The translations under genes and the position numbers were made by a program. DNA of 49,145 nt, taken from positions 1 to 49,145 of the forward strand of contig NW_021834551.1 of assembly GCF_006345805.1 (NCBI RefSeq), given 5' to 3'. This stretch comes from Octopus sinensis. Taxonomy: Eukaryota. Below the pieces are notes generated by a model, which saw only the letters and a list, made by a program, of their open reading frames with translations, made no database searches and was not told the origin of the DNA. Positions 1 to 10,530 of the stretch are shown here, in pieces (positions within the stretch are counted from its first letter, which is position 1; the number at the start of each line of letters is the position of its first letter).

Positions 1-2791
1 CTAGTGTTGTTCAACTTATTTCTATCCTCAAATAAATTTAATTGATTTGCCAGTTTCACCTTAATGCTTGTTGATGCTCCACTTATATGGAAGTAAAAAT
101 GATATCCAATACACAAAAGTGGGGTGCTGAATGGTAGAAGTATATGTTGGAACTTTATCTGACCAATTTTCAACTAAATATCGTTTTAATCACTAGCTTA
201 AAATATTTTCCATTTTTTTTGTTTTTTAAAGTCATTCTAACACATACAGGTACAATAACTTATGTATAACATAAAACTCACTTTAAAGTGTACCTTCCTT
301 CTGGATTTCATAAACAATATATTGACAGAACTCCATCAATATAACAAAATTTGATATTAATTCTATTCAATCTCTTGTAACATAAAGAAAAAGCCTATCA
401 AAACACTAAGATATACTTTGACCTAATTTAATATATATATATAAAACTCCCAATTTCCTCCTGGAACTGATGTTAATTAGCCGGCAGCCTAAAGATAAAC
501 TTTATAGCCATATCAGATTTCAACATATCCCTCATCACTTCCCTTTATATCTTAAACAGGGGAAAATAAGGAAATAAACTTGCCATGAAAAAATAAATAA
601 ACTCAGTTTGCTTCAAACTACACTTGTTGAAAGACCCTGAATGAAGGTGCACAGCATATTATGCTGGGTTGCATGTGCATTTGTACATAGTCTGTGGAGC
701 AGAAACCTGTTGGTCATTTTAACCAACTAATTATGTATGACCAACTGTAAAATGAAAAGAAAAATTTGATGATGTACCAGTCTCAGTATTTCTTGTAATT
801 GTTTGAAATTTACACTCCTAATAATATTCATGATCCAGAGGAATGAATCGAGAGTCACCCATCAAAAGAATCAAAGCAAGATTGCTCATACTAAGTGAGC
901 ATTGATGCTTTATTCAATTAGCCATAACCTGAAATATACCTGGGAGCTATTACAGTACCCACCTGGATAATTTATCCCTTACACACTTTCTGTCACACCA
1001 CACACACACACACACACCCACAAATGTCTATAGAAAACAGATGTTGTTAAATGATGGATGATGATCGTTTCTTTATCATCATCATTATCATTTAGCATTT
1101 GTTTTCCATATGTATGCATGTCATGATTCAGTTTGATTTCAAGATTCTTGCCAGTAGAGAGAGAGCTGATTTCTAACCTAGATCATTATATTAGGTTTGT
1201 TGTGCTTACATTTTATTGAGATTTTCACTGGAACATTCCACTAGTACTCTTTTTTTTTATTATGAGTGGCTTTGACTTCTACCATACAGTGGGTTTTTAT
1301 TTCTTTGTCCTTGGGGTTATCCTTCTGACAGGTTACATATTAGAGAATATCCTAGCTACAACATCTTATCTTATCGGAAGATAATATTGGGATAATAGTT
1401 TCAGACAACTGCTTATGATGTGGGTGATGTCTTTGGTGTCAACTCACAAGGTCTGCATGGTTTGTCACATTTCATTGCTTTTCCCACATCTCTATCCATT
1501 TTGTGCATCAGGTACTTCGTTGATGTTTCCTGTTCCAGGATTGCAAACGCATCCCCTTCAAAGTGGAAGGTCATAACCCGGCTGTTGGTCAATGATAGAC
1601 TGCTTTGATGATCAATGTTACTATCATCTCAGAGCTTTCTACTAACATATACATGCATAGTTTTCTGCTCATATATGCTCATCTTTGCATGTATGTACGT
1701 ACACATGTATGTATGTATGTATATGTGGTATAGTATATATGTGTCATTATGAAATTGAATTGAAAGTATTTTAGAAAGCCAACACTGATCTAGCTTGTTA
1801 TAAAAGAGTGTAAACAAAAGCAAACTCAAAACACTTCAGCTTTTGCCTTATATTTCAATATTTCAGTCTTAAAAAGCCTTTGTCGAAGTATTTGTAAAGA
1901 CCAAAGCTAAACTCAATCAATTTCTCTTTATAAAGCTTAACTATTGAAATACAAGGTAATTCTTAGTGGAAATATAAGGAAGATGCTTAATGTTTGAGGA
2001 TCTATTCCTTATTTTACTACATATATTGTTTTTACATATTTCATTCCATACATAGCCAGCCTTGGCACAGATTGGTAGGGCTGATTCATAAATAGATAAA
2101 TTCCTGCAGGTAGCTTTCTCATGAAAGAAAGAATTAATGCACCATTCTTCCTATGACTTCAAATCAGAAATAGATGGAGCTACACACACACACACACACA
2201 CACACACACCACACACACATTTATATAAAGAAAGAAGAGAGAGTGGGGGGAGCTGGTATTATCAGGATGTTTCATTTCAAAGTCTGTATTTCTTTATACA
2301 GTTGAACAAGATATATGTTTTCCTTTGCATGAGAAGTCAGCATGAGTTATCTACAAATCTGGCTAAGGAAGTTCAAGAGTGACTGGAGCTAAGTGCTCTC
2401 ACACTTTCTTATATGTCATGGATAGGATTTTACATAGTATTTATGATTAACATAATTTTGGTATGGTTTTTCAAATCACTAACTACTTTGTATCATAGTG
2501 TATACTATCATGTCAGTGACACTAGAAAGCTGGTCTTTCTGGTTTCTTCTACACTGTAACACTTTTTCATTTAGAGGTTACTGCTCTCCTAGTAAAGTTG
2601 TTGTCGTTCCAGCTTGCAAATTTCTTGCCTCTTACATGTCTAGTCTAGAAATCTTTTCATTAAATGTTAGGTTTGTTCATGTTTCCCACTTTGTAGGTGG
2701 ATCTCCCTACTGCAGCTGTGAAATCACATCCTTCTATGACTTCCACCATTTACCTAGCATCGTTATCATAGTATTTATTTCTCTAGCTTAT

Positions 2792-2860
2792 GTGCCACAC
2801 GATGAGACTGAACCCAAGACCATGTGGTTGAGAAGCAATCTTCTCAGCCACACAGCCATC
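2792..2860 (-). mobile_element. 5' tRNA-like head fragment of the SINE family seen at 29833-30280
   Basis: Reverse complement ggctgtgtggctgagaagattgcttctcaaccacatggtcttgggttcagtctcatcgtgtggcac aligns by eye to the head of the 29833-30280 SINE. Confidence 0.6.
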
Positions 2861-2910
2861 ATTGGGCCTTAATCACACTTGTGCTCTGTGTTATCATATA
2901 TGATATAAAT

Positions 2911-3453
2911 CATCCGAACGTGGCCGTAGCCAGTACCGCATAGACTGGCCTCCGTGCTTTGGGGACGTAACAAACACCATCCGATCGTGGCCGTCCGCCA
3001 GCCTCATCTGGCACCTGTGTCGGTGGCACATAAAAACACCATCCGAGCGTGGCCGTCTGCCAGCCTCGTCTGGCACCTGTGTCGGTGGCACATAAAAACA
3101 CCATCCGAGCGTGGCCGTCTGCCAGCCTCATCTGGCACCTGTGTCGGTGGCACATAAAAACACCATCCAGCGTGGCCGTCTGCCAGCCTCGTCTGGCACC
3201 TGTGTCGTGGCACATAAAAACACCATCCGAGCGTGGCGTTCGCCAGCCTCGTCTGGCACCTGTGTCGGTGGCACATAAAATCACCCACTACACTCTCGGA
3301 GTGGTTGGCGTTAGGAAGGGCATCCAGCTGTAGAAACACTGCCAGATCTGACTGGCCTGGTGCAGCCTTCGGGCTCCCCAGACCCCAGTTGAACCGTCCA
3401 ACCCATGCTAGCATGGAAAACGGACGCTAAATGATGATGATGATGATGATGAT
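2911..3453 (+). mobile_element. RTE-associated SINE-like retroposon with a 62-bp tandem array and (TGA)n tail
   Basis: Five ~62-bp units (CACC starts at 2975, 3037, 3099, 3161, 3221) follow one diverged unit. Then comes the core ggagtggttggcgttaggaagggcatccagctgtagaaac and the tail gcatggaaaacggacgctaaa(tga)n. The same core occurs at 12725-13062 and 17400-17847. Confidence 0.8.
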
Positions 3454-3814
3454 ATATATAATTATTTTGAATTAAACATAAATTATTTCCTCTTTTCTAT
3501 GACATATTTAATTATAGATACCACTTTCTTATTGTTAATAACATTAAAGAATAATCCAAAAACTAAATGCATGTGTGGATACTGTTTTCTGTTTTTGGTT
3601 GGGGTTGTAGCATTGATAGGTGCATGGCAGTAGTGATCATTCATGTCTATGATGATGTGTTTGATTGACAGTATTCAAAGAGGAATCAGATAAAAAATTT
3701 AAAGAAAACAAAAAATGATTGTATGAAAATCATATATTCTATTGGTTAAAATAATTACAGTAATTTAGTGTTACGGACATGCTCTTCTTGTAACTCTAAT
3801 CTGTTACCATGACC

Positions 3815-3960
3815 ATTTCTGCAACCGAAACCACCACCATTACTACTACCACTGCTACTCCTCTTCTTACTACTACTACTTCTACCATCAATACTACTAA
3901 CACCAGTACCTCCACTACCTCTATTACTACTACTACTACTACTGCTACTACTACTAAAAA
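3815..3960. repeat. (ACT/ACC)n trinucleotide microsatellite
   Basis: Imperfect accaccacc/actactact run; it explains the poly-Thr and poly-Ser ORFs. Confidence 0.85.
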
Positions 3961-3974
3961 TTTTAAAAACATTA

Positions 3975-4385
3975 GTAACTTTCAAAGTTTGGCACAAGGC
4001 CAGCATTTTTAAGGGGAGGAAAAAATGTAAATTACATTCACCCCTATAATTGGTACTTAATCAAACTTAAAGCAATGAAAAGCAAAGTTGATTCAGGCAA
4101 GATTTGAACTCAGAACATAAAGTATGAACAGAAGTATCACTGATCATTTTTTCCATGTTCTTATAATCCTGCTCTTAATGATAATAGTTTCAACTTTTAG
4201 TACTTTTAGTGGGTAGGACAAGTTGATTACATTATCCCTCTACTAAATTAGTATTTTATATTATTGACCCCAAAAAGATGAAAGGCAAAGCTGAGTTCAG
4301 TGGTATTTGAATTCAGAATGTAGAGCCAGAAGAAATACCACAAAGCTTCTTGTCCAACACAGCAATGATCCTGCCAGCTCATGCC
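3975..4385 (-). mobile_element. Two adjacent decayed tRNA-derived SINEs (family of 28681-28892)
   Basis: Each has a reverse B-box (gatttgaactcag or tatttgaattcag), and the body similarity ggcacaaggccagca...gattacat matches 28681-28892. Confidence 0.6.
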
Positions 4386-5034
4386 CTTATAATAATAAGG
4401 TTAAATGTCTCAAATTTAACATAAGGCCAGCAATATTTAGGGGGGAGGATAAATCAATTATATCGACCCAGGGTTCAACTAATACTTATTTTATCAAGCC
4501 TTCTCCCCTCCCTCTAAGGATCAAAGGCAGTCAATCTTCACAGAATTTTAAACAACTAAAGATAAAGAAGAAAATGCTGCAAAGCATTTTGTCTAGCATA
4601 CTAATGATTTTTGTCACCTCACTACCTTAATAATAATTATTATTATTGTTGTTGTGTTGTTGTTGTTATAAGTCTATCAAATTTTGCACAAATGCAACAA
4701 TTTTTGGATTGAGGGGATGAGTCAAGTTGACTTCAGTGGGATTAGAACTCAGAATGTAAAGAATTGGAAGCAATACCAAAAAGAATTTAGTTGTATAGTT
4801 TCTTTTTTGTTTATGAAACATGTGTAAGGTGGTACGAATTAAATAGTTTATACACAAACTTTCTTGTTTTGTCATGTGTATATATTCTGTGACATACCCA
4901 ACTGTGGATTCCTAACAATGCATGGTTAATAATGTAACTTCTTGTGGTCTCCCATTAGATACACACATGGCACAAAACTACCTCCCTCAAAACTACTCCC
5001 TCCTCTGTTGAGGGTTTTTGTCTTGTAAAATACT

Positions 5035-5228
5035 TTGTGATTTCACCAGGGCTGCTGTCACATAAAAGGCACCTAGTACAGTGTGTAAAGTGGTGAGCAT
5101 TAAGAAAAGCATCCAGCTGTAGAAGCCATGCCAGAACAGACAGTTGAACTTGGCACAGTCTTCTAGCTTACCAGCTTCTAACAAAGCATGTAAGCATTGA
5201 AAACAGACTTTAAATGATGAAGTGATGA
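5035..5228 (+). mobile_element. Decayed copy of the RTE-associated SINE-like element
   Basis: gtcacataaaaggcacc...gcatccagctgtagaagcc...gcattgaaaacagactttaaatgatgaagtgatga matches the core and tail of 2911-3453. Confidence 0.65.
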
Positions 5229-5342
5229 CATAACTATATATCCATGCATACATACATACATATATATTTATATATATATTTAGAGAAAGAGAGAGAGAGA
5301 GAGACAGAGAGTTGAGTGAAGGAGAAAAGGAGTAGATCCAAC

Positions 5343-5500
5343 TTACAGAGTGCAAATGACAGAGAAAATTAAAGGGGAGGATATAAGTCTAACAGCTGTT
5401 TCTGGGAGAATGTTGGTAGATGTATTCATCACAGTATGTAGGCCATAATAGAAGGCAATCAGAATTGGATAAATTGAGCTGCCATCAAGAAGTGCAAAGG
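5343..5500 (-). pseudogene. Possible PLE reverse transcriptase N-terminal remnant
   Basis: ORF 5343..5525 contains FYYGLHTV...AVRLISS, resembling the PLE RT motif FYGLPKIHK...PxRPIIS. The match is weak. Confidence 0.3.
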
Positions 5501-6234
5501 TGGACAGATTAAATGTGGAGAGCAAGCAGTATTAGAGGAAGGAGGTGGTAGGATGGAGTTATGGCGAGTGTTAAGACAGAATGGTGAGAGGAGATAAATA
5601 AACTAGTTCAGAAAGAGAGTGGCGGCTTAAGAATGGAAGTATTAAGGAAGTGGTAGTCGATGTGGAGAGTTGAGAGATGAGTGGGAGGGATGCAGTGGGT
5701 AGTATTGAAGGGTAGTCAGTTATTATTGGGTGTGTATAGGTTGAGATAGTGAGAAAAGGGATGACAATTATTTGAGGGAGGGAAAGACTCTAATTAGGCA
5801 ACAGAAGGAGATTACTAAAGTATGAACAAAGATATGAGAGAAGATAAAGGGAGGTGCATAGAGTGGGGAGTTAGTCGGTGATAGGGTAGCTGTGGTTAGT
5901 ACTATAATGAAGGTGGATTGGTGGTGGAGGGGGAGTACTGAGGTTTGCAAAGGTGTATGAAATTGGGTAGAGGGGTGGATGTTGATTGTTTAGTAGCTAA
6001 TTGATTGTGGTAGTTGCAATTGCTCTTGATTGAAGGTGAGAATTGAGACAATGGGGAAAGAATACAATTTGTGAGGGAGGTGGTATGTTGTGGGTAAGAA
6101 GAATTTTCAAAGGTAATCATGAGAAGGATGGTATTACTGGAGAAGATGCATTGCTTCGCTAACCTTGTTGTACCCCAAGGTTAATTATAATTAATGATAA
6201 TCATTGTTATGAGATTATATAGATTTAATAAAAT

Positions 6235-7060
6235 GAGTAAATGATGAGTAGAACCTGTGTTTACAAGAGAGTATTACATCTGAGAATCTATTAAGTAATC
6301 AGGGATTGTGGTTGCAAAGGATGATTAGTGATCCCTTACAAATACCAAGGTTTGAGCTGAACGAGGGAGCCTCCTTATGATGGATCGGGATAGAGTAGTT
6401 TTGGGATTTGTGGTTATGTATTTAAGTTGCTAAGGTGGTAGAATATTTAGAATTTGGATTGGAGAAAGAGTCCATTTGTGCTCAGTAGCAGTGCTTGAAA
6501 TTGACATTCTGTCGTTATAGACCCTTACTTGGTGGGAGCATAGTATTATTACTCTGCACTTGTAGACTACATTTTTGCATTGACAGAAACCTCCAAGAGG
6601 GCTGAATTGAAACACCTAATAATTGCAAGTTTTCCTACCTGTTCTGTGGTTTTCCTACCTACTCTGTGGTCTTCCTACCTGCTCTAGGAAAGAAATGTGC
6701 AATTTTTGCCTTAAGTTTAGTGTTGGAGATATAAGAGTTCTTTTTACAGAAACCACTTATCTGCTGAGCTTGGTTATAGTGTGGGGCATGATTATTAAAA
6801 ATATCTTTGTTAGTAGATAAGCTGGAGATTCTGATAAAAATATCTGTGACTATTCTATTAGGAGTAAGTTTAGGGTAATTTGATAGGATGTAGATATATT
6901 GTAATGATTGATAGGGTTTCTAGAAAGGGTGATATAGATTTAAGATGTTTCCAGTGTGTGTCATTTTCGAATGAGATACCTAGGTTATGATTTTTAAAAA
7001 TCCTGTGGAATTGATTCCCTGTAAAGGTATGAGTCTAAGTTTGGATCATTTGAGCACTAC
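6235..7060 (-). mobile_element. Decayed Penelope-like element (RT C-terminus plus GIY-YIG endonuclease)
   Basis: Minus-strand translation gives SPLGGFCQCKNVVYKCRV (CPLxGxC..NVVYK, 6430..6615 ORF), RVYND and LLNRFSDVILSCKHRF (6250-6297), matching PLE GIY-YIG motifs. Stops and frameshifts are present. Confidence 0.7.
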
Positions 7061-7103
7061 TAAGTGTCTTCTACACTGAAAATCTCTGGACCTCATCTTC
7101 TGG

Positions 7104-7183
<80 letters not shown>

Positions 7184-7195
7184 TGTGTAAACATA

Positions 7196-8450
7196 CAGGA
7201 GTTGGACAAAATAATGGAAACACCTTAAAATTTCAAACAAATTTATTTTAATATGGGGTAGGGCTGCCTGTAGCAGTAATTACAGCTTGAATTCTACAAG
7301 GTATGAACTTGTACAAAGTTTGAATTGTTTCCAAAAGAATTTTTGTCCATTTTTCAGCTAAAAGAGTCCCCAATTCTTGCAGTGATGATGGTGGAGGGTA
7401 TTGACTCCTTTTCCTGTTTTCCTAAAATGCACCACAAATGTTCAATAATATTGAGATCTGGAGGCTGTGGTGGCAAGATAAGATGTTCAACTTCTCTAGA
7501 ATGTTTCTCATGCCATTCAGTAACAACTTTAGCTGCTCTATGAATTGGTGCATTATCATCCTGAAAGATTGCATTTCCCTTCAGAAACAGTTCTGCAATC
7601 ATAGGATGAATTTGATCAGATAAAATGCTTAAATAGTCTGCCATGAAGGGAAATCATTGGGCTGGCAGATTTCCAAGATATAGCCCCCACCTCTCAGATC
7701 ATCATAGATCCTCCTCCATGTTTAACAGTTGGGAAAAGGTAGTCTGGGTCAAAGGCTTGTTTTGGATGTCTCCACATGTATACTCGGCCAGTGGTCAGAA
7801 ATATGGTAAAAGATGACTTGTCCAAGAAAATGACATTCTTCCACTGCTCTAGGGATCAGTTTTGTAGGTTTTTACCCCACTCTAAATGCTTTGCAAAGTT
7901 GGTTTTTGAAAGTAGTGGTTTTCTGATTGCAGCCCTCCCATGAAATCCAGCTTTGTGCAACTCCCAGCAATCAGTTTTATGGAAACTGGGTTCTTGAGAT
8001 GGTTATTAAGCTCTACAGTTACTTTGGGAGCTGTACTTTTGTGATTTCTAACAATTTGCGTAAGAGTCCAACAGTCCTTATCTGAAGGTTTTGGTTTTCT
8101 TCCAGAGTTTTGTTTTGACTAGAAGGTTTTTCCCACTTCCTCAAAGGCTGTCATTACTTTTGAGACAGGACTTCATGATACACCAAACACTTCGGCTGTT
8201 TCCATTACGCTAGCGCCTGCTATACGCACACCACAATTTGACCTCTTTGAAAGTCCAATAGATCTGTCATTTTAATGAATTTCAGTTAACTTTTTCTGTT
8301 GATATCTGAAAAGAAACAGCAATTTTAGCAAAACATATTAAGCAATACTAATAATAATTCAAATAACATAATATAAACAAGCTTTTGACAGTTTTATAGA
8401 TATTTCAAAATTATGATGCTACATGTTTCCATTATTTTGTCCAACCCCTC
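7196..8450 (-). mobile_element. Tc1-family DNA transposon, full length, decayed transposase
   Basis: ~28-bp TIRs (caggagttggacaaaataatggaaaca / tgtttccattattttgtccaacccctc) with TA at 7194-7195 and 8451-8452. The transposase starts MTDLLDFQRGQIVV at 8270 and contains FQDDNAPIH...PDLNIIEHLW. Confidence 0.92.
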
Positions 8451-8464
8451 TAGATCTTCAGATA

Positions 8465-9093
8465 GCTGTTCCTGAACAATGGGTGCCCAGAAAAAGAACT
8501 GGTATATAAGACCAATAACATGGGTTTGAACAGTAACAAATACATATATTGGAATGATAGGGAACACCTTCAAATAAAGATATACATTGCACCTGGCTTT
8601 GTTCAGAGCCAAAAACAAAAAACACACAATAATCCTAGCCAATATAGAATAGAGACTGAAAAAGAGAGGTGTGAGCAACATCCAGATAACCTGGAGTATT
8701 ATTGCTGAGGCCAACAAGAACAGAGGACGAGGCAGGAAATGCAAGCTTTACATCACTGAAACATTATACATTATCACACCAAAAGTGAATATTTCAAATA
8801 TTAGGGATGACACCTTCCCCCCTTGCATGCATAAGCAGCATTTCACACTCTGAAATTTCAAGCAAATATCCCCACCTACTCTGTCTCCCGTGCAACCTGG
8901 ATAAATTTTCATTCCAAACATCAGTATACGCCATTATATGAACTTCATGCATGAAAAAACACATGACCTCATAAACTTATGCTGCGCTCCTCTCACAGAT
9001 ATATATGGGTCTCACACATATCCATGACATTACAAGTTATATACAAACTTATGAACCCATAACACCATAAGTATCACATGAATTATGTGAAAG

Positions 9094-9097
<4 letters not shown>
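8465..9097 (+). mobile_element. Decayed Penelope-like element, GIY-YIG domain plus 3' UTR
   Basis: Across frameshifts: LVYK, TYIGMIGNTFK*RY.LH and ITWSIIAEA...CKLYITETLYI...NIRDDTFPPCMHK, the PLE endonuclease C-terminus. Confidence 0.8.
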
Positions 9098-9143
<46 letters not shown>

Positions 9144-9183
9144 ATATATATCATCATCATCGTTTAACGTCCGCTTTCCATGC
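9098..9183 (-). mobile_element. 33-bp 3' end of the RTE-associated SINE with (TGA)n plus (TA)n tail
   Basis: Reverse complement of 9150-9183 is gcatggaaagcggacgttaaacgatgatgatga, the tail of 2911-3453. It lies between two ~430-bp direct repeats. Confidence 0.8.
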
Positions 9184-9612
9184 GGTGTGAGCAACATCCA
9201 GATAACTGGAGTATTATTGCTGAGGCCAACAAGAACAGAGGACGAGGCAGGAAATGCAAGCTTTACATCACTGAAACATTATACATTATCACACCAAAAG
9301 TGAATATTTCAAATATTAGGGATGACACCTTCTCCCCTTGCATGCATAAGCAGCATTTCACACTCTGAAATTTCAAGCAAATATCCCCACCTACTCTGTC
9401 TCCCGTGCAACCTGGATAAATTTTCATTCCAAACATCAGTTATACGCATTATATGAACTTCATGCATGAAAAAACACATGACCTCATAAACTTATGCTGC
9501 GCTCCTCTCACAGATATATATGGGTCTCACACATATCCATGACATTACAAGTTATATACAAACTTATGAACCCATAACACCATAAGTATCACATGAATTA
9601 TGTGAAAGATAT
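9184..9612 (+). repeat. Near-identical direct duplicate of 8668-9097
   Basis: Both copies begin ggtgtgagcaacatccag and end tgtgaaagatat, with only a few differences seen by eye. Confidence 0.93.
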
Positions 9613-9974
9613 GTGAAACGTCACAATAATGAGTACACACCCAAACAGACATACTACAGATCCAGAGTTTGCACCCACTGACGGCTGCTGCAGCGAAATT
9701 CAATTTTGGACTTTCTTCTATCGAAGGCATTCTAACAAAATGCTTCCGTATAAATGGTGAAAATATTGTCAGTTTTTGTTTCACTTCTAACACGTAATAC
9801 TGAAATAGTGGAGAAGATATGATATTGCTATGGGCTCGCCTTAAACAAGAAGTCGAACGTTTTTTTGATCATGAAAGTACATGGACCCTAAGCAAGGCAT
9901 GTGTGAAATTTGAATGAAATTGGTTGTGTAGTTCTCACGTTTTAGGGGAACACACAGACAGACACATTCTCAGT

Positions 9975-10106
9975 TTTATATATATATAGAAATTTATATA
10001 TATATATATATATTTTTATATAATATATATATATATAAATAAAATTTTATATATATATATATATATATATAATATATTTATATATATATATATATTTTAT
10101 ATAATA

Positions 10107-10154
<48 letters not shown>

Positions 10155-10163
10155 ATATATTTT

Positions 10164-10241
<78 letters not shown>

Positions 10242-10383
10242 ATATATTTTTATATATATGTATATATATTTTTATATATATATATATATTTTTTATATAT
10301 TATATTTATATATATATATATATTTTTATATATATATATATATATTTTTACATATATATATATAATTTTTATATATATATATA

Positions 10384-10422
<39 letters not shown>

Positions 10423-10461
10423 TATATATATATATTATTTATATTATATATATAATATATA

Positions 10462-10494
<33 letters not shown>

Positions 10495-10530
10495 TAATAT
10501 ATATATATATATTATATATTTTATATATAT
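9975..10530. repeat. Long degenerate (TA)n tract
   Basis: About 550 bp of TA repeats interrupted by short T runs; it abuts the LINE 3' tail. Confidence 0.95.

Noticed and set aside
2975-3281. 62-bp repeats as a CRISPR array
   Set aside because: There are no unique spacers and no cas genes; the context is eukaryotic and the array runs into a SINE core.
2975-3281. HDV-like ribozyme in the 62-bp unit (CAG-CCTCGT-CTG resembles P3/L3)
   Set aside because: I could not assign P1, P2 or the catalytic J4/2 C; only a simple hairpin is supported.
3755-4012. Ser-rich and Thr-rich ORFs
   Set aside because: These are translations of an (ACT)n microsatellite.
6160-6183. 8-bp hairpin after the 6.2-kb PLE endonuclease as a hammerhead stem II
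   Set aside because: It is followed by GAAG rather than GAAA, and there is no CUGANGA upstream.
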